A stretch of 56,069 nucleotides of DNA, from assembly GCA_026389015.1 (NCBI GenBank), contig JAPLIR010000017.1, positions 1 through 56,069 on the forward strand, written 5' to 3'. Positions 18,772 to 28,738 of this stretch are shown here, one piece after another. Source of the stretch: Candidatus Babelota bacterium (lineage in GTDB: Bacteria > Babelota > Babeliae > Babelales > Vermiphilaceae). The notes under the pieces are model-generated. The model saw only the letters and a program-made list of their open reading frames with translations, searched no databases and was not told the origin of the DNA. A program made the translations under genes and the position numbers. The stretch's first letter is position 1. The number at the start of each line of letters is the position of its first letter.

Positions 18772-20106
18772 CTATTTCTTTGCTTCATTGCCCTCAGTTT
18801 CTTTGACAATATTGCCCAAATAATCAGGCAACTTAACACCAGACATCGCAGCAACATCGTGCAGTGGTGGCAACGATTTAATCATACCACTTAAAAAGTT
18901 AGCAGTCGAACTACCATCGCCTTTGCCACTGTCCCACACGGTGATTTTATCAATCTTGATGTTTTTAATTGCTTCAGTTTGAAGCTTGACGATCTCTTCG
19001 AGCTTTTCAACCATTAAGAGTGTTGCTGCATCCTGTGCATTAGCCAAACATGCCTCAATGAGCAATTTGTAACCATCTGCTTTTGCTTTAAGTACATTCA
19101 AGGTACCTTGCGCTTCAGCATCCTTCATGGCAAGTACGGCAGCCGCTTTTGCATACGCATCGATTTTGTGTTTTTCAGCTTCCGCTTGTGCAGCAATCTC
19201 AATTTTTCTTTTTTCAATCTCTTTAGGGACAATCTCTTCAGCTTCAAGACGCTTAATTTCAGCCGCACCTTTTGCGATGTTAATTTCCGCATAAGAATTT
19301 TGTTGTGCTGTTTTACTACGTCTATCTGCTTCTGCTTCTTTTTCAATCAGCTCAGCGTTAACGTTTGCAATGCGACCTTTAGCTTCATTTTCACCTTGCA
19401 CTGCCTCTGCATTGTAAGCAGCAACTTGAATACGCTTTTGTTTGTCGGCTTGCGCTCGACCAATTTCACCATGCTTATCTTGTTCTGCAACATCGATTTT
19501 AGCTTGATTAATTGCGGTAGAAACAGACTTTTTACCAATGGTCTCAATATAACCCGATTCATCGGTAATATCAGTAATGTTTACGTTCAACAGCATAAGG
19601 CCAATTTTTTTCAGTTCAGGCTCAATATGCTTTCTGATTTCTAATAAAAAGCATTCACGGTCTTGATTGATTTCTTCAATGCGTAATGATGCAACCGTTA
19701 AGCGCAATTGACCAACGATAATCTCTGTTGCCATAAGCTCAATATCTTTACGAGACAGGCCAAGCAAACGCACTGAGGCATTGTTCATTGCCTCAAGAGT
19801 TGTATCCAAGGCCACGGTAAAAGTACTTGGCACGTTGATACGAATATTTTGTTGCGATAGCGCCGATTTGAGAGGAATGTGAATGGCAATCGGTGTAAGC
19901 TCTAGATACTGATAGTCCTGAATTAATGGCCATACAAAAGTACCGCCACCATGGTAACACTTAGACGATTTATCGCCTCTCACGCGACCGTACACAACTA
20001 AAATTTTGTTTGAAGGGCAGCGACGATAGCAGCTTGCCAAAAAGACCAGCGTGAAAAATATAAACAGTGCTAAAAGAACAGCACTCAGAAGTATGAAATC
20101 GATCAT
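18772..20106 (-). CDS. yqiK: Flotillin-like SPFH/Band-7 protein (YqiK/FloT type) with a long coiled-coil
   Basis: 444 aa. N-terminal TM, SPFH domain, then a long A/E/K-rich coiled-coil (EAEADRRSKTAQQNSYAEINIAKGAAEIKRLEAEE...). Immediately downstream of an NfeD-like gene, the classic pair. Confidence 0.8.
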   Translation of the reverse strand: MIDFILLSAVLLALFIFFTLVFLASCYRRCPSNKILVVYGRVRGDKSSKCYHGGGTFVWPLIQDYQYLELTPIAIHIPLKSALSQQNIRINVPSTFTVALDTTLEAMNNASVRLLGLSRKDIELMATEIIVGQLRLTVASLRIEEINQDRECFLLEIRKHIEPELKKIGLMLLNVNITDITDESGYIETIGKKSVSTAINQAKIDVAEQDKHGEIGRAQADKQKRIQVAAYNAEAVQGENEAKGRIANVNAELIEKEAEADRRSKTAQQNSYAEINIAKGAAEIKRLEAEEIVPKEIEKRKIEIAAQAEAEKHKIDAYAKAAAVLAMKDAEAQGTLNVLKAKADGYKLLIEACLANAQDAATLLMVEKLEEIVKLQTEAIKNIKIDKITVWDSGKGDGSSTANFLSGMIKSLPPLHDVAAMSGVKLPDYLGNIVKETEGNEAKK

Positions 20107-20119
20107 GGTATATCCTTCT

Positions 20120-20713
20120 TTAAAGTTTTTCTACTTCGACAACTTCATGGTCAATCACCTTGACTACTTTAACCAAGGCAAACGATTCGATAATTTCTTG
20201 TGTATGTGATTGCGCTAACAATTCTCGTGTCACACCGTTGACCATCAACTGAATTTTGCCCTGACCCGTGGCAGGAATTCGCTGATAAACCGTTCCAACA
20301 AGACCGACTGTTTTGTGCACCATAAACACATCGCCCGACCCTTCAAAGAACAATGCTCCTCGAAAAATCAGTGCAACCAAAAACATAACCGCCACACCAG
20401 CGGCAAAAGCAATGACGATTGCTGGTAAATAGGACAAGTCAAATTGATGCGTGCAGGCCAAACCGACCCAACCAAACATCATAAAAAACCCAGACATAGA
20501 ATGTAAGGTGAACAGTTTTAAAGAAGGGACAGTGTGGTAATGAAAATCATCGCCACCTTCATAGGAATGTATATCAGCATCATCTATTTCCATAGCGCCA
20601 CTGAAAAATACAGTAATCATTCTTAAAGCAAAGAGGGTCGTTCCTAGGATTCCACTGACCCAAAACATCGTATCATTAGAATTTTCTAAGAAATTTAACA
20701 ACCAGATATCCAT
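20120..20713 (-). CDS. yqiJ: NfeD-like (YqiJ family) membrane protein, partner of flotillin
   Basis: Start at MDIWLL (RBS aggaagg). Multiple TM helices followed by a C-terminal soluble OB-fold-like segment. 13-nt gap to the flotillin gene. Confidence 0.6.
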   Translation of the reverse strand: MDIWLLNFLENSNDTMFWVSGILGTTLFALRMITVFFSGAMEIDDADIHSYEGGDDFHYHTVPSLKLFTLHSMSGFFMMFGWVGLACTHQFDLSYLPAIVIAFAAGVAVMFLVALIFRGALFFEGSGDVFMVHKTVGLVGTVYQRIPATGQGKIQLMVNGVTRELLAQSHTQEIIESFALVKVVKVIDHEVVEVEKL

Positions 20714-20757
20714 AATCAATTCCTTCCTAAAAACGGCCCTCAAGGCTTTTTTATAAT

Positions 20758-22014
20758 CTACTCAATAAAAGTAATCGCTTGGCCAATTTTATTTGCGCGG
20801 CCAGTTCTGCCAATTCTATGGATGTAATCTTCATAGGTTTGTGGCAAATCATAGTTAATAACATGCGTTACATCGTCAATATCAATACCACGAGCAACAA
20901 CGTCGGTAGCCAACAGAATCTTCACTCTGCCGTCTTTGAATACTAACAAAGCTTTTTGGCGTTGAGCTTGAGTCTTGTCACCATGAATTGAAGCGACTTC
21001 AAAGCCACGTTCTCTCAAAGCTTTTGCAAGTTTATCAGTTGCTCTCTTGGTTCTTGAGAATATGATAACGCGTTTGAATTCAGGTTTAATTAACAAATTA
21101 TGTAAAGCTTCAACCTTACCAGCTTGGTCAACCTTAAGAATATCTTGGTTAACGTTTTCAGCTGATTGACGGGTCTTTACGTTTACTGCAACCGGATTGG
21201 TTAAGAAGCGATCCATAATTTCTTTGGTATCTTTAGGCAATGTTGCAGAGAAGAATAATGAATGTCGCTTTTTAGGCAATTTACCAACGATATATTTAAT
21301 ATCGTTAATGAAACCCATATCAAGCATGGTATCAACTTCGTCCAACACAATAGCGTTATAGCGACCAAAAGATAAGTGACCGTTTTCTTCTAAGTCTCTT
21401 AATCTTCCCGGGGTACCAATAACAAAGGTAGGATTCTTTTTAAGATGTTGAATTTGAAATCCCATATTCAAACCACCAATGCATAATACTGAAGTTTGAC
21501 CAGTTTTGATCTTGAATGAATCAAGCTCTACTTGGATTTGTGCCGCTAATTCTCTGGTTGGTGTAATAATTAATACACGCTCAGTTTTCTTTGCAATAAC
21601 ATTGCTCACGAGAGGAAGCAAGAAAGCTGCTGTTTTACCCGTACCGGTGTTAGCAGTTGCAAGAATGTCTTTGCCTTCTAAAATCAAAGGAATAGCTTGA
21701 TCTTGTACTGGGGTAGGCAACAAGTAGCCCTTGGTTGCGATATTCTCTTTAACTTGTTGTTCAAGCAAAAAGTCATTAAAGGTGTTCTTTGGCACGTAAA
21801 CAGGAGCAACTACTTGCTCTTCAACTTTTTTAATAAACATTGAAGGGTTAAATTTCTTTACCGGCCCTCTGCCGCGACCAGAATCGCTACGTCCTGAGTT
21901 TGGTTTGTTGCCACCAGGTCTGGTGTTGCGTCTTTCAAAACTATTTGGCTTACCGTTACTTTTCTTATTTGATCCGCTATTGCCAGATCCACGATCGTTA
22001 CTTTTATAAAACAT
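20758..22014 (-). CDS. DEAD-box ATP-dependent RNA helicase with N-terminal Arg/Gly/Ser/Asn-rich low-complexity extension
   Basis: 418 aa. Q-motif region, Walker A variant ATANTGTGKTAAF, PTRELA, DEVD box (VLDEVDTML), SAT, HRIGRTGR motifs. Confidence 0.85.
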   Translation of the reverse strand: MFYKSNDRGSGNSGSNKKSNGKPNSFERRNTRPGGNKPNSGRSDSGRGRGPVKKFNPSMFIKKVEEQVVAPVYVPKNTFNDFLLEQQVKENIATKGYLLPTPVQDQAIPLILEGKDILATANTGTGKTAAFLLPLVSNVIAKKTERVLIITPTRELAAQIQVELDSFKIKTGQTSVLCIGGLNMGFQIQHLKKNPTFVIGTPGRLRDLEENGHLSFGRYNAIVLDEVDTMLDMGFINDIKYIVGKLPKKRHSLFFSATLPKDTKEIMDRFLTNPVAVNVKTRQSAENVNQDILKVDQAGKVEALHNLLIKPEFKRVIIFSRTKRATDKLAKALRERGFEVASIHGDKTQAQRQKALLVFKDGRVKILLATDVVARGIDIDDVTHVINYDLPQTYEDYIHRIGRTGRANKIGQAITFIE

Positions 22015-22187
22015 ACGTCCCTAAATTAATATGGTATCCATTTTGTCTATCATGATCAGTATATAGTAAAAATCCTTATTTGTAGCTTTTTATCTACACA
22101 AGAGCAAAATATATTTTAGGAATTATGCATAATAGAAATAATAGTCTTTGAGATAAGGGTAAAGACCAAAAAATAAACGTAGAAATT

Positions 22188-22787
22188 TTACTTATTTTTC
22201 GACTGCTCAACATAGTTCAAAACCTTGTTGAACTCTTTCCAAGGAAGGTCTGCCAGCTTGGCAATCTTAAATCCTGTAAGAATCTTCACCTTCAAGGCAT
22301 CATCACCATTAATTTTGGCAGCCAACAAAGCATGTTGTTTGTCACTCAAGCCCTGAGGAGACTTTTGGCCCATGTCAGATGCGGCAGCGCCATCATGGTC
22401 GGCAGGGTCTTCTTCCGCAAAAATACCCAGCAAGGCCATAGCGTCGTAGCGACGGTGGTAGGTTATTGAACCACCCCATGCTTGGTCGGAACTTGGCAAG
22501 TCAATGTTTGGAGTGAGGAGTGATTGGCATGCTATCCATTGCTGGCTTTTTGGATGACGCAGAATAGATTCAAGAGCAAGCTGACCGTTAACAATACGGG
22601 AAGCTTGGGTTAAGATAAGCCCATGTTTGGAACACATTTTATGAATAGATTCAAGCACGCATGGCAGCGAAGCATAGGTACCTTTGTGACCCTTACGGTC
22701 TTTATTAATCACCACGCCAAATTCGCTATGAGTATCCATTAAAGCAAGCATTAACTGGTCGATGTCTGGTGATTGAAATTCGTTCAT
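22188..22787 (-). CDS. ERF-family single-strand annealing protein (phage-type recombinase, P22 Erf-like)
   Basis: 199 aa. Matches the ERF core as recalled from P22 Erf: KG-Y-S...LE and especially GGSITYHRRYDAMALLGIFAEEDPADHD vs P22 GATSSYARKYCLNGLFGIDDAKDADTE. No other phage genes adjacent. Confidence 0.55.
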   Translation of the reverse strand: MNEFQSPDIDQLMLALMDTHSEFGVVINKDRKGHKGTYASLPCVLESIHKMCSKHGLILTQASRIVNGQLALESILRHPKSQQWIACQSLLTPNIDLPSSDQAWGGSITYHRRYDAMALLGIFAEEDPADHDGAAASDMGQKSPQGLSDKQHALLAAKINGDDALKVKILTGFKIAKLADLPWKEFNKVLNYVEQSKNK

Positions 22788-22975
22788 AGCGCGTCCAAAA
22801 GTACATGAAGGGTTAAAATATAATCATATACTTAACACTATAACAGATGTTTTCACGCAGTCAAAAAATGAAAATACGCCCTGTGTATACGTACATTTTA
22901 GTATACACAAGGCGCTTCAATCTGAATCATTGTGCATTGTCGTGCATGCACTATACATAATGTTTACTAGGTATT

Positions 22976-24037
22976 TTAGAAGCCTACTTCAAGCGTTACA
23001 TAAGCACCTGAGAGAGCAAAGTTGCTCAAGGTTCTTTGGAATGCCACATTTGATGGACCTTGCCGACGCATGAATCCGCTTGCTATGGCAATAGGCTCAT
23101 CGGAAATTTCAACTGATTGGATAGCATTGAGATATTCTTGAGCTTGGTATCCGACTGCCACGCGACCCACATAATCGCTACAAAATTCAAATTCATAAGA
23201 CAAGCCCAACTTACCCAGGAAAGCTGGCACAACCTGTGTCCTTGCGCACACCTTAATGTTTTGTGTAGTTTCTACTTCAGACACTTCCCGTTCGTATTCA
23301 GCAGCATCTTTCATGCGGCCTATCAACAGAGCTGATACACCCTTGCCCTCTAGAGTTAATCCTTTATACAGGCAATAACGGGCCTCAATGCCACCTTGTG
23401 GGCCTGCGCCAATAAAGCGAGTTGCAATGCTCGTGGAACGCTCAATAGATTGATCTTCCGAAGTAAACACGTGGCATAGATTTTGCTTCAAGCGCATAAA
23501 ACTCACGCCACCAAATATATTTGCGCACACGTGGTTGCCAATGCTCAACAGTTGGCCATAATCAAGATTCACTTCATCAAAGTGAAAGCGCACTGATGCA
23601 TGTGCTTTTTTAAAGTCCGAATCGTTATATCCACTTTGGAAAATTGGTGAAACATAATCTTCACCAGAAACATGTCCCTTGGAAGAACTGCGTGCATTGA
23701 TATGCTCATAGTTCACCATCAGATTGGTATGCTCATTGTGAAATATTGTCTTAAAACCTAGGTCAAACCCAAAATGATAGCTTGGATGTATTTCATCAAC
23801 TTTTCGGCACGTTGCATTTTCCGATGGCTGAGTTGTTTCTATGGCATAATGCAAGTTGCTCGTGCTCGGCTTTAGAGCCAGCGCACTGCCATATACTTCA
23901 AATCTATGAGCAGGACTTGAGGCCAAAACATGCAAAGGATCGGTACAGCCTTTTTTTATTTCGCAGCATCGACCACCAAACATAGTTGCCACAGGCGCAA
24001 AAAACGCTGCCACAAGTAATAATTTTTTATTTTGCAT
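22976..24037 (-). CDS. Outer-membrane beta-barrel protein, Legionella MOMP-like
   Basis: ORF opens at 24232. Start at MQNKK (RBS taaggag). Signal peptide, alternating amphipathic beta-strands, C-terminal ...VTLEVGF with terminal Phe typical of OM beta-barrels. Confidence 0.55.
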   Translation of the reverse strand: MQNKKLLLVAAFFAPVATMFGGRCCEIKKGCTDPLHVLASSPAHRFEVYGSALALKPSTSNLHYAIETTQPSENATCRKVDEIHPSYHFGFDLGFKTIFHNEHTNLMVNYEHINARSSSKGHVSGEDYVSPIFQSGYNDSDFKKAHASVRFHFDEVNLDYGQLLSIGNHVCANIFGGVSFMRLKQNLCHVFTSEDQSIERSTSIATRFIGAGPQGGIEARYCLYKGLTLEGKGVSALLIGRMKDAAEYEREVSEVETTQNIKVCARTQVVPAFLGKLGLSYEFEFCSDYVGRVAVGYQAQEYLNAIQSVEISDEPIAIASGFMRRQGPSNVAFQRTLSNFALSGAYVTLEVGF

Positions 24038-24249
24038 ACAAAAACTCCTTATATATTGTTCCTCAATAGAGATATACGACATAAAAACGCTACCGCATTG
24101 ATATTCAAAAATGCAAGAGTATGGGCTAGAAAATACATGACTCAAGAATTTCTTCTCTGGCAAAACAAAAACGTCTTCTTGAAAAACAATGGCGCTATAA
24201 AATAGAATAAGAATAAACAATAAAAAACCCAATACTCAAGGAAACTCGC

Positions 24250-24585
24250 ATGGCTATTAACACAAAAATGATCACTACCGGATTTGATTTACCAAACTAT
24301 CGTGTCATTGAATCATTGGGCGTTGTGCGCGGCATATCGGTACGCTCCCAAAGTATTTTTGGCAGCTTTGGAACATTTTTTCAATTACTTCGTGGTGGCA
24401 ACATCGCAAGACTGACTTCGCTGTGCGAAAAAACACGCCAAGAAGCTTTTGAAATTTTAATCAAACATGCAGAAACATTAGGCGCAAATAGCATAATAGG
24501 CTTAAGACTTGATGCCAATGAAGTCTTGAACGGCGTCACCGAAGTTTTGGCATATGGCACCGCCGTGATTGTAGAAAAAAAATAG
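24250..24585 (+). CDS. YbjQ/UPF0145 family protein
   Basis: 111 aa. MITTGFDLPNYRV...VVRG...NSIIGLRLD pattern characteristic of UPF0145. Confidence 0.7.
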   Translation: MAINTKMITTGFDLPNYRVIESLGVVRGISVRSQSIFGSFGTFFQLLRGGNIARLTSLCEKTRQEAFEILIKHAETLGANSIIGLRLDANEVLNGVTEVLAYGTAVIVEKK

Positions 24586-24675
24586 AGCCATGAAATAATA
24601 CTGTAGACAAATTGCCATCAACTTATGATACAGTAAGCCATAAAACCTTATCGAATTTTAAAAAAAGGAAATTTT

Positions 24676-25440
24676 ATGACACTACTTATCATAAGTTGTC
24701 TTGTTTTCATACTCATGACCTGCACATTTATTGTCGCCTATATAAAAAAAGATAATACCATTGTGGATACAGCATGGGGCTTGGGCTTTATTGTTGTCGC
24801 ATGGTCCTCATTCTTGCTCGGCGCTCATCATCAACCGGCTGGCTATTTAGTCAGCGCACTTGTTACCCTCTGGGGCTTGCGCCTTATACTGCACATTAAC
24901 CTCCGCAATAAAGGCAAAGGCGAAGATCCTCGCTACAAAGCATTTCGCGAAGAATGGGGCGCATGGGCACCGCTACATAGTTTTTTTAAGATATTTATGC
25001 TGCAAGGTTTTTTATTGCTCGTCATTGCATTTCAAATAATTACGGTGAACAATGCAACGTTTGCACCACTTACAACACTCACCTTTATCGGTTTACTTGT
25101 ATGGATTATTGGCTTCTTATTTGAATCAATAGGCGACTATCAACTCTATGCATTCATGAAAAATCCTGCCAACAAAGGACAACTCATGACTTTAGGCCTT
25201 TGGCGCTACACGCGTCATCCAAACTATTTTGGTGAAATTACCATGTGGTGGGGAATCTATTTAATGGCATGCACTGCTCCGTATGGAATCATTGCAATCA
25301 TCAGCCCAATCACTATAACATCGCTACTTCTCTTTGTATCAGGAATCCCAATGACCGAAAAGATGCTAGAAAAACATCCCGCCTTTGCAGCCTATGCACA
25401 AAAAACAAGCGTGCTCATTCCATGGTTTCCAAAAAAATAA
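24676..25440 (+). CDS. DUF1295 / steroid 5-alpha-reductase-like integral membrane protein
   Basis: 254 aa, multi-TM. C-terminal motif GLWRYTRHPNYFGEITMWWGIYL typical of the DUF1295/ICMT-like superfamily. Confidence 0.65.
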   Translation: MTLLIISCLVFILMTCTFIVAYIKKDNTIVDTAWGLGFIVVAWSSFLLGAHHQPAGYLVSALVTLWGLRLILHINLRNKGKGEDPRYKAFREEWGAWAPLHSFFKIFMLQGFLLLVIAFQIITVNNATFAPLTTLTFIGLLVWIIGFLFESIGDYQLYAFMKNPANKGQLMTLGLWRYTRHPNYFGEITMWWGIYLMACTAPYGIIAIISPITITSLLLFVSGIPMTEKMLEKHPAFAAYAQKTSVLIPWFPKK

Positions 25441-25561
25441 ATACTGAGCACTATTCTTTTTAATTTTGAAAAAGTATTGAAAAACCATCGCATAATATCA
25501 CACACTAACAAACGATGGCGGGAAAACTACGAGAAGTAAAAAATAGAGGTGGGGGATATTC

Positions 25562-26050
25562 ATGAAATCTATTATGCATACAACTAAAATAAGCATTGCT
25601 GAAAAAAATCGCATTGAATTAGTAGCAATACTCAATACATCGTTGGCTTCCACAGCAGATCTTTATGCGCAATTAAAACAAGCGCACTGGAATGTGAAGG
25701 GTCCTAACTTTATTGGATTGCATAAACTCTTGGACGAACTTGCCGAACAAATTGAAGAGCACGTTGATATTATTGCAGAACGCATTACCAGCTTGGGTGG
25801 AACAGCTTTGGGCACTATTCAGGCGACACATGAAAATACCGAGCTACGCGTTTATCCGACAAATATATTTTCATGGGAAGATCATATTGAGCATTTAACG
25901 CATAATATTGCAATCTTAGGCGAACTATCTCGCACGAATATTGAAAAAACAGAAGAGCTCGAAGATATGGCAACCAGCGACTTCTATATCGCCTTAACTC
26001 AAGTTCTTGATAAGTCATTATGGTTTTTAGAAGCTCATCGTCAAAAATAA
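25562..26050 (+). CDS. dps: Dps (DNA-protection during starvation) ferritin-like protein
   Basis: 162 aa. Dps signature LYAQLKQAHWNVKGPNFIGLHKLLDE...EHVDIIAERI. RBS gaggtggggg. Confidence 0.8.
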   Translation: MKSIMHTTKISIAEKNRIELVAILNTSLASTADLYAQLKQAHWNVKGPNFIGLHKLLDELAEQIEEHVDIIAERITSLGGTALGTIQATHENTELRVYPTNIFSWEDHIEHLTHNIAILGELSRTNIEKTEELEDMATSDFYIALTQVLDKSLWFLEAHRQK

Positions 26051-26303
26051 TAGTAGTTCTTTATTATTAAAAACTAAACCGGGGACCAAAAACTACATGA
26101 ATGGTTTCTATCCCCGGTTATTTATATCTTCGTTATCTTATACTTGTTGCGTAGCAATATATTCTTGTGCTGCTTCAATGCGAACCTCATTGCTTATTCT
26201 TCCAAATAACGCTCTTTTATTACGAGCCCTAAAAAGGTGCCTACAACATAGGCTGGATAAAGCTCATATGGCCATGGTATAGTGAGCTTGTACTTTAACA
26301 GTA

Positions 26304-26882
26304 TTAAATAGTTTCAGTTTCATAACTGGATGTCTCTACTTTTTCTAAGTCCTTTAATTCTTGCTTAATGAGTCTTGTCTCTTGAATGCAGATTTCATAT
26401 TTTTTAACTAACCTCATTATAAAATCACGCTCAAAAGCGCATCTTATTAAAAAAAATCTTAATGATTCAAATGATTTAACACCCTCTTCTTGATAGACAA
26501 GACCCTCACTTAAAATATTTTCAATGTTCTCGTTACTATCGCATTTCTTACAAAAATCGAACAAAAAATCGTTTACAAAACTTCTCGATTCATCAGCTAT
26601 TCTTTGTTTTTCTTCTTCTGATAATCCGCCAACACCATTTTTTACTTCTAATTCAGCGGTTTTTCTTTTTATAAGTTCTCTAAGAAGATATTGCGAATCA
26701 TCATGAAACGAACGGAGAATTTCATCTCTTTTGGCAATCATCTCACCAAGATCTGAAAGCTCCCGCTCTTTTTGAAATTCAACGACTTTAAGTTCTTGTA
26801 TGCGCGCCTTCACATCATTGCCATAACTAGCAATAGCAAAAGGCAATAGAAATACGGTTAAAGATACGCCTTTATAATTCAT
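26304..26882 (-). CDS. Paralog-family A secreted coiled-coil protein (solo third copy)
   Basis: 192 aa. N-terminus MNYKGVSLTVFLLPFAIASYGNDVKARIQELK is near-identical in pattern to 27855..28424 and 40633..41181. Conserved SFESLRF and KYE motifs. Confidence 0.5.
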   Translation of the reverse strand: MNYKGVSLTVFLLPFAIASYGNDVKARIQELKVVEFQKERELSDLGEMIAKRDEILRSFHDDSQYLLRELIKRKTAELEVKNGVGGLSEEEKQRIADESRSFVNDFLFDFCKKCDSNENIENILSEGLVYQEEGVKSFESLRFFLIRCAFERDFIMRLVKKYEICIQETRLIKQELKDLEKVETSSYETETI

Positions 26883-27295
26883 AAGGTTCCTTTTGAAGTT
26901 TAACTATCTTTTAATAGATTTATTTAAAATTTCTTATTCCACCATTTAGACCAAAATTCTAACTCTTCTCTTCGTCTAATAAAATACTTTTGGAGTAGCA
27001 AATGCCATGTTATCGTGAGAAGAGATAATGCTATGAGATTATGGGTGAACTGTGTCATTTTTTATCCTTCTTCCATATGTACCGTTGTTTTATATAATAA
27101 TGTACATAATACAATGGAACACATGATATAAGCCCCATAAAATATGTTTCATACCAGTACCACATATCTATCCTTTATAGTTCAACCAAATAGGTTACAT
27201 TAAAAAATCGTCTTTCAATTGCAATAGTAAGCAATGTTTTCTAGGTGCACATTGCCATGAAACAGCGCGCACCTAGAATCCCTTAGCAAATAAAT

Positions 27296-27868
27296 TTATT
27301 GAGGTGCATACTTAGTAAAATTGTTCATCGTCTTATCAACTCTTTGGCTACCACCAGCGAGAGCTAATCTACAAGCTAGAGATTGACAAGCCATAGGAAC
27401 ACCAACTGGGTTTCTTTCCGATGTTTGATTTTTAGAAAGGCATCTGCCGAACTCGACTTCCGTAACAAAAGCTTCCTTTTTTTTAGCTTCTTCTTCTGCT
27501 GCAATCATCTGTGCTAAAGTAGGATGATAAGATCTGTACACTTTATAAGCCACATAAACGCCTACACCAGCTCCTGTCCCAACTGCTACATAAGGTGCAG
27601 CAACAATAGCTGCTGCCTTAACCGCAACAGCACCAGATTTTACTGCACCCACAGTTGCTGTTACGCCTTCACCTATTTTCTCTAAAGCTCCCACACCAAA
27701 ATAATAGCCAAAGCCCGTCGATGCCGTAACAACTGCTGGTAGGTTCTCTTTTACTCCTTCAATAATTGTTGTTGCTGCCACTTCACCCATAGCCTTAATT
27801 GCAAAGATATTTGACTGGACAGTAAGAATTAAAAAAGAATATAATAAGATCATTTTAATATATTTCAT
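27296..27868 (-). CDS. Paralog-family B: secreted Gly/Ala-zipper protein with conserved Cys-containing C-terminal domain ending KYAPQ
   Basis: 190 aa. Signal peptide. GxxxG-rich hydrophobic stretch (GVGALEKIGEGVTATVGAVKSGAVAVKAAAIVAAPYVAVGTGAGVG). C-terminus EFGRCLS...ACQSLACR...FTKYAPQ conserved with 41190..41837. Overlaps the upstream family-A gene by 14 nt. Confidence 0.5.
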   Translation of the reverse strand: MKYIKMILLYSFLILTVQSNIFAIKAMGEVAATTIIEGVKENLPAVVTASTGFGYYFGVGALEKIGEGVTATVGAVKSGAVAVKAAAIVAAPYVAVGTGAGVGVYVAYKVYRSYHPTLAQMIAAEEEAKKKEAFVTEVEFGRCLSKNQTSERNPVGVPMACQSLACRLALAGGSQRVDKTMNNFTKYAPQ

Positions 27869-28424
27869 GTGTTGACCTATTTTTTAATGCAGTTAATTCT
27901 CGACTAAATTTAATTAACTCTTCTACGCATGCCTCATACTTGGCTACAAGCTTTTCCAACAACATGTGCTCAAGAATCGCTCTTGTTAATATAAATCGTG
28001 CAGATTCAAAGGACGTTGCAGAATCAATATTCTCTTGATCATAGAGCCCTTTTGTAAGCATGCCCTTAATCTCTTGATTGGCCCCTAGAGCGACTACAAA
28101 CTGTTTTACAAATTCATTCAGTGAAGCCTGCATAATTATACCAACCTGCTCAAATTCTTCTTCTGATAGGTCCTTTCCATGCTTTCTTGCTATTGCATCA
28201 GCTTTCTGTCTCTTAATTGTATCCCAAAGAATTCCTATATTTTGCCTAGCACATCGAAGAATCTCATCTCTTTCGGCAATCATTTTACCAAGGTCAGAAA
28301 TCTCCAACTCTTTTTCAAAATACTTTTGTTCAAGCTCTTTTATACGCGCCTCAACATCATTGCCATAACTAGTTATCGTAACTGGCAATAGAATAAAACT
28401 TAATAACATGCCTTTATAATTCAT
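27855..28424 (-). CDS. Paralog-family A secreted coiled-coil protein
   Basis: 189 aa. MNYKGMLLSFILLPVTITSYGNDVEARIKELE. RBS aaaggaac. Confidence 0.5.
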   Translation of the reverse strand: MNYKGMLLSFILLPVTITSYGNDVEARIKELEQKYFEKELEISDLGKMIAERDEILRCARQNIGILWDTIKRQKADAIARKHGKDLSEEEFEQVGIIMQASLNEFVKQFVVALGANQEIKGMLTKGLYDQENIDSATSFESARFILTRAILEHMLLEKLVAKYEACVEELIKFSRELTALKNRSTHEIY

Positions 28425-28495
28425 AATGTTCCTTTAACCATATTCACAGAGAGCACCATATAGTGCTCTCTAGAGTAAAAATATACCATCCAATA

Positions 28496-28723
28496 TTAAC
28501 TCTTAAACCCATCAAAAAACTTACCCTCAAACCAATAGTTAAAAATTGTACTGGCAACCATATATATTAATGCAATTAATATATATAGATGAGCGTTTTC
28601 CCATACAAAAGGAATAAACAAATTCCAATTAAAAAAACGGCCAACGAAATAACCAATAATAGAACCAATTATTAATGCCATTAAGTGATAAAATGGAGTT
28701 TTTGCATATTTTAATAGCTGCAT
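28496..28723 (-). CDS. Small hydrophobic membrane protein (2 TM)
   Basis: 75-aa ORF between the family-D and family-A genes. No paralog detected elsewhere in the window. Confidence 0.3.
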   Translation of the reverse strand: MQLLKYAKTPFYHLMALIIGSIIGYFVGRFFNWNLFIPFVWENAHLYILIALIYMVASTIFNYWFEGKFFDGFKS

Positions 28724-28738
28724 TCTTATACCTTAGTT

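Noticed and set aside
20758-24037. Prophage hypothesis around the ERF gene
   Set aside because: No integrase, terminase, capsid, lysis or repressor genes and no att-like repeats were seen. The flanks are ordinary cellular genes.
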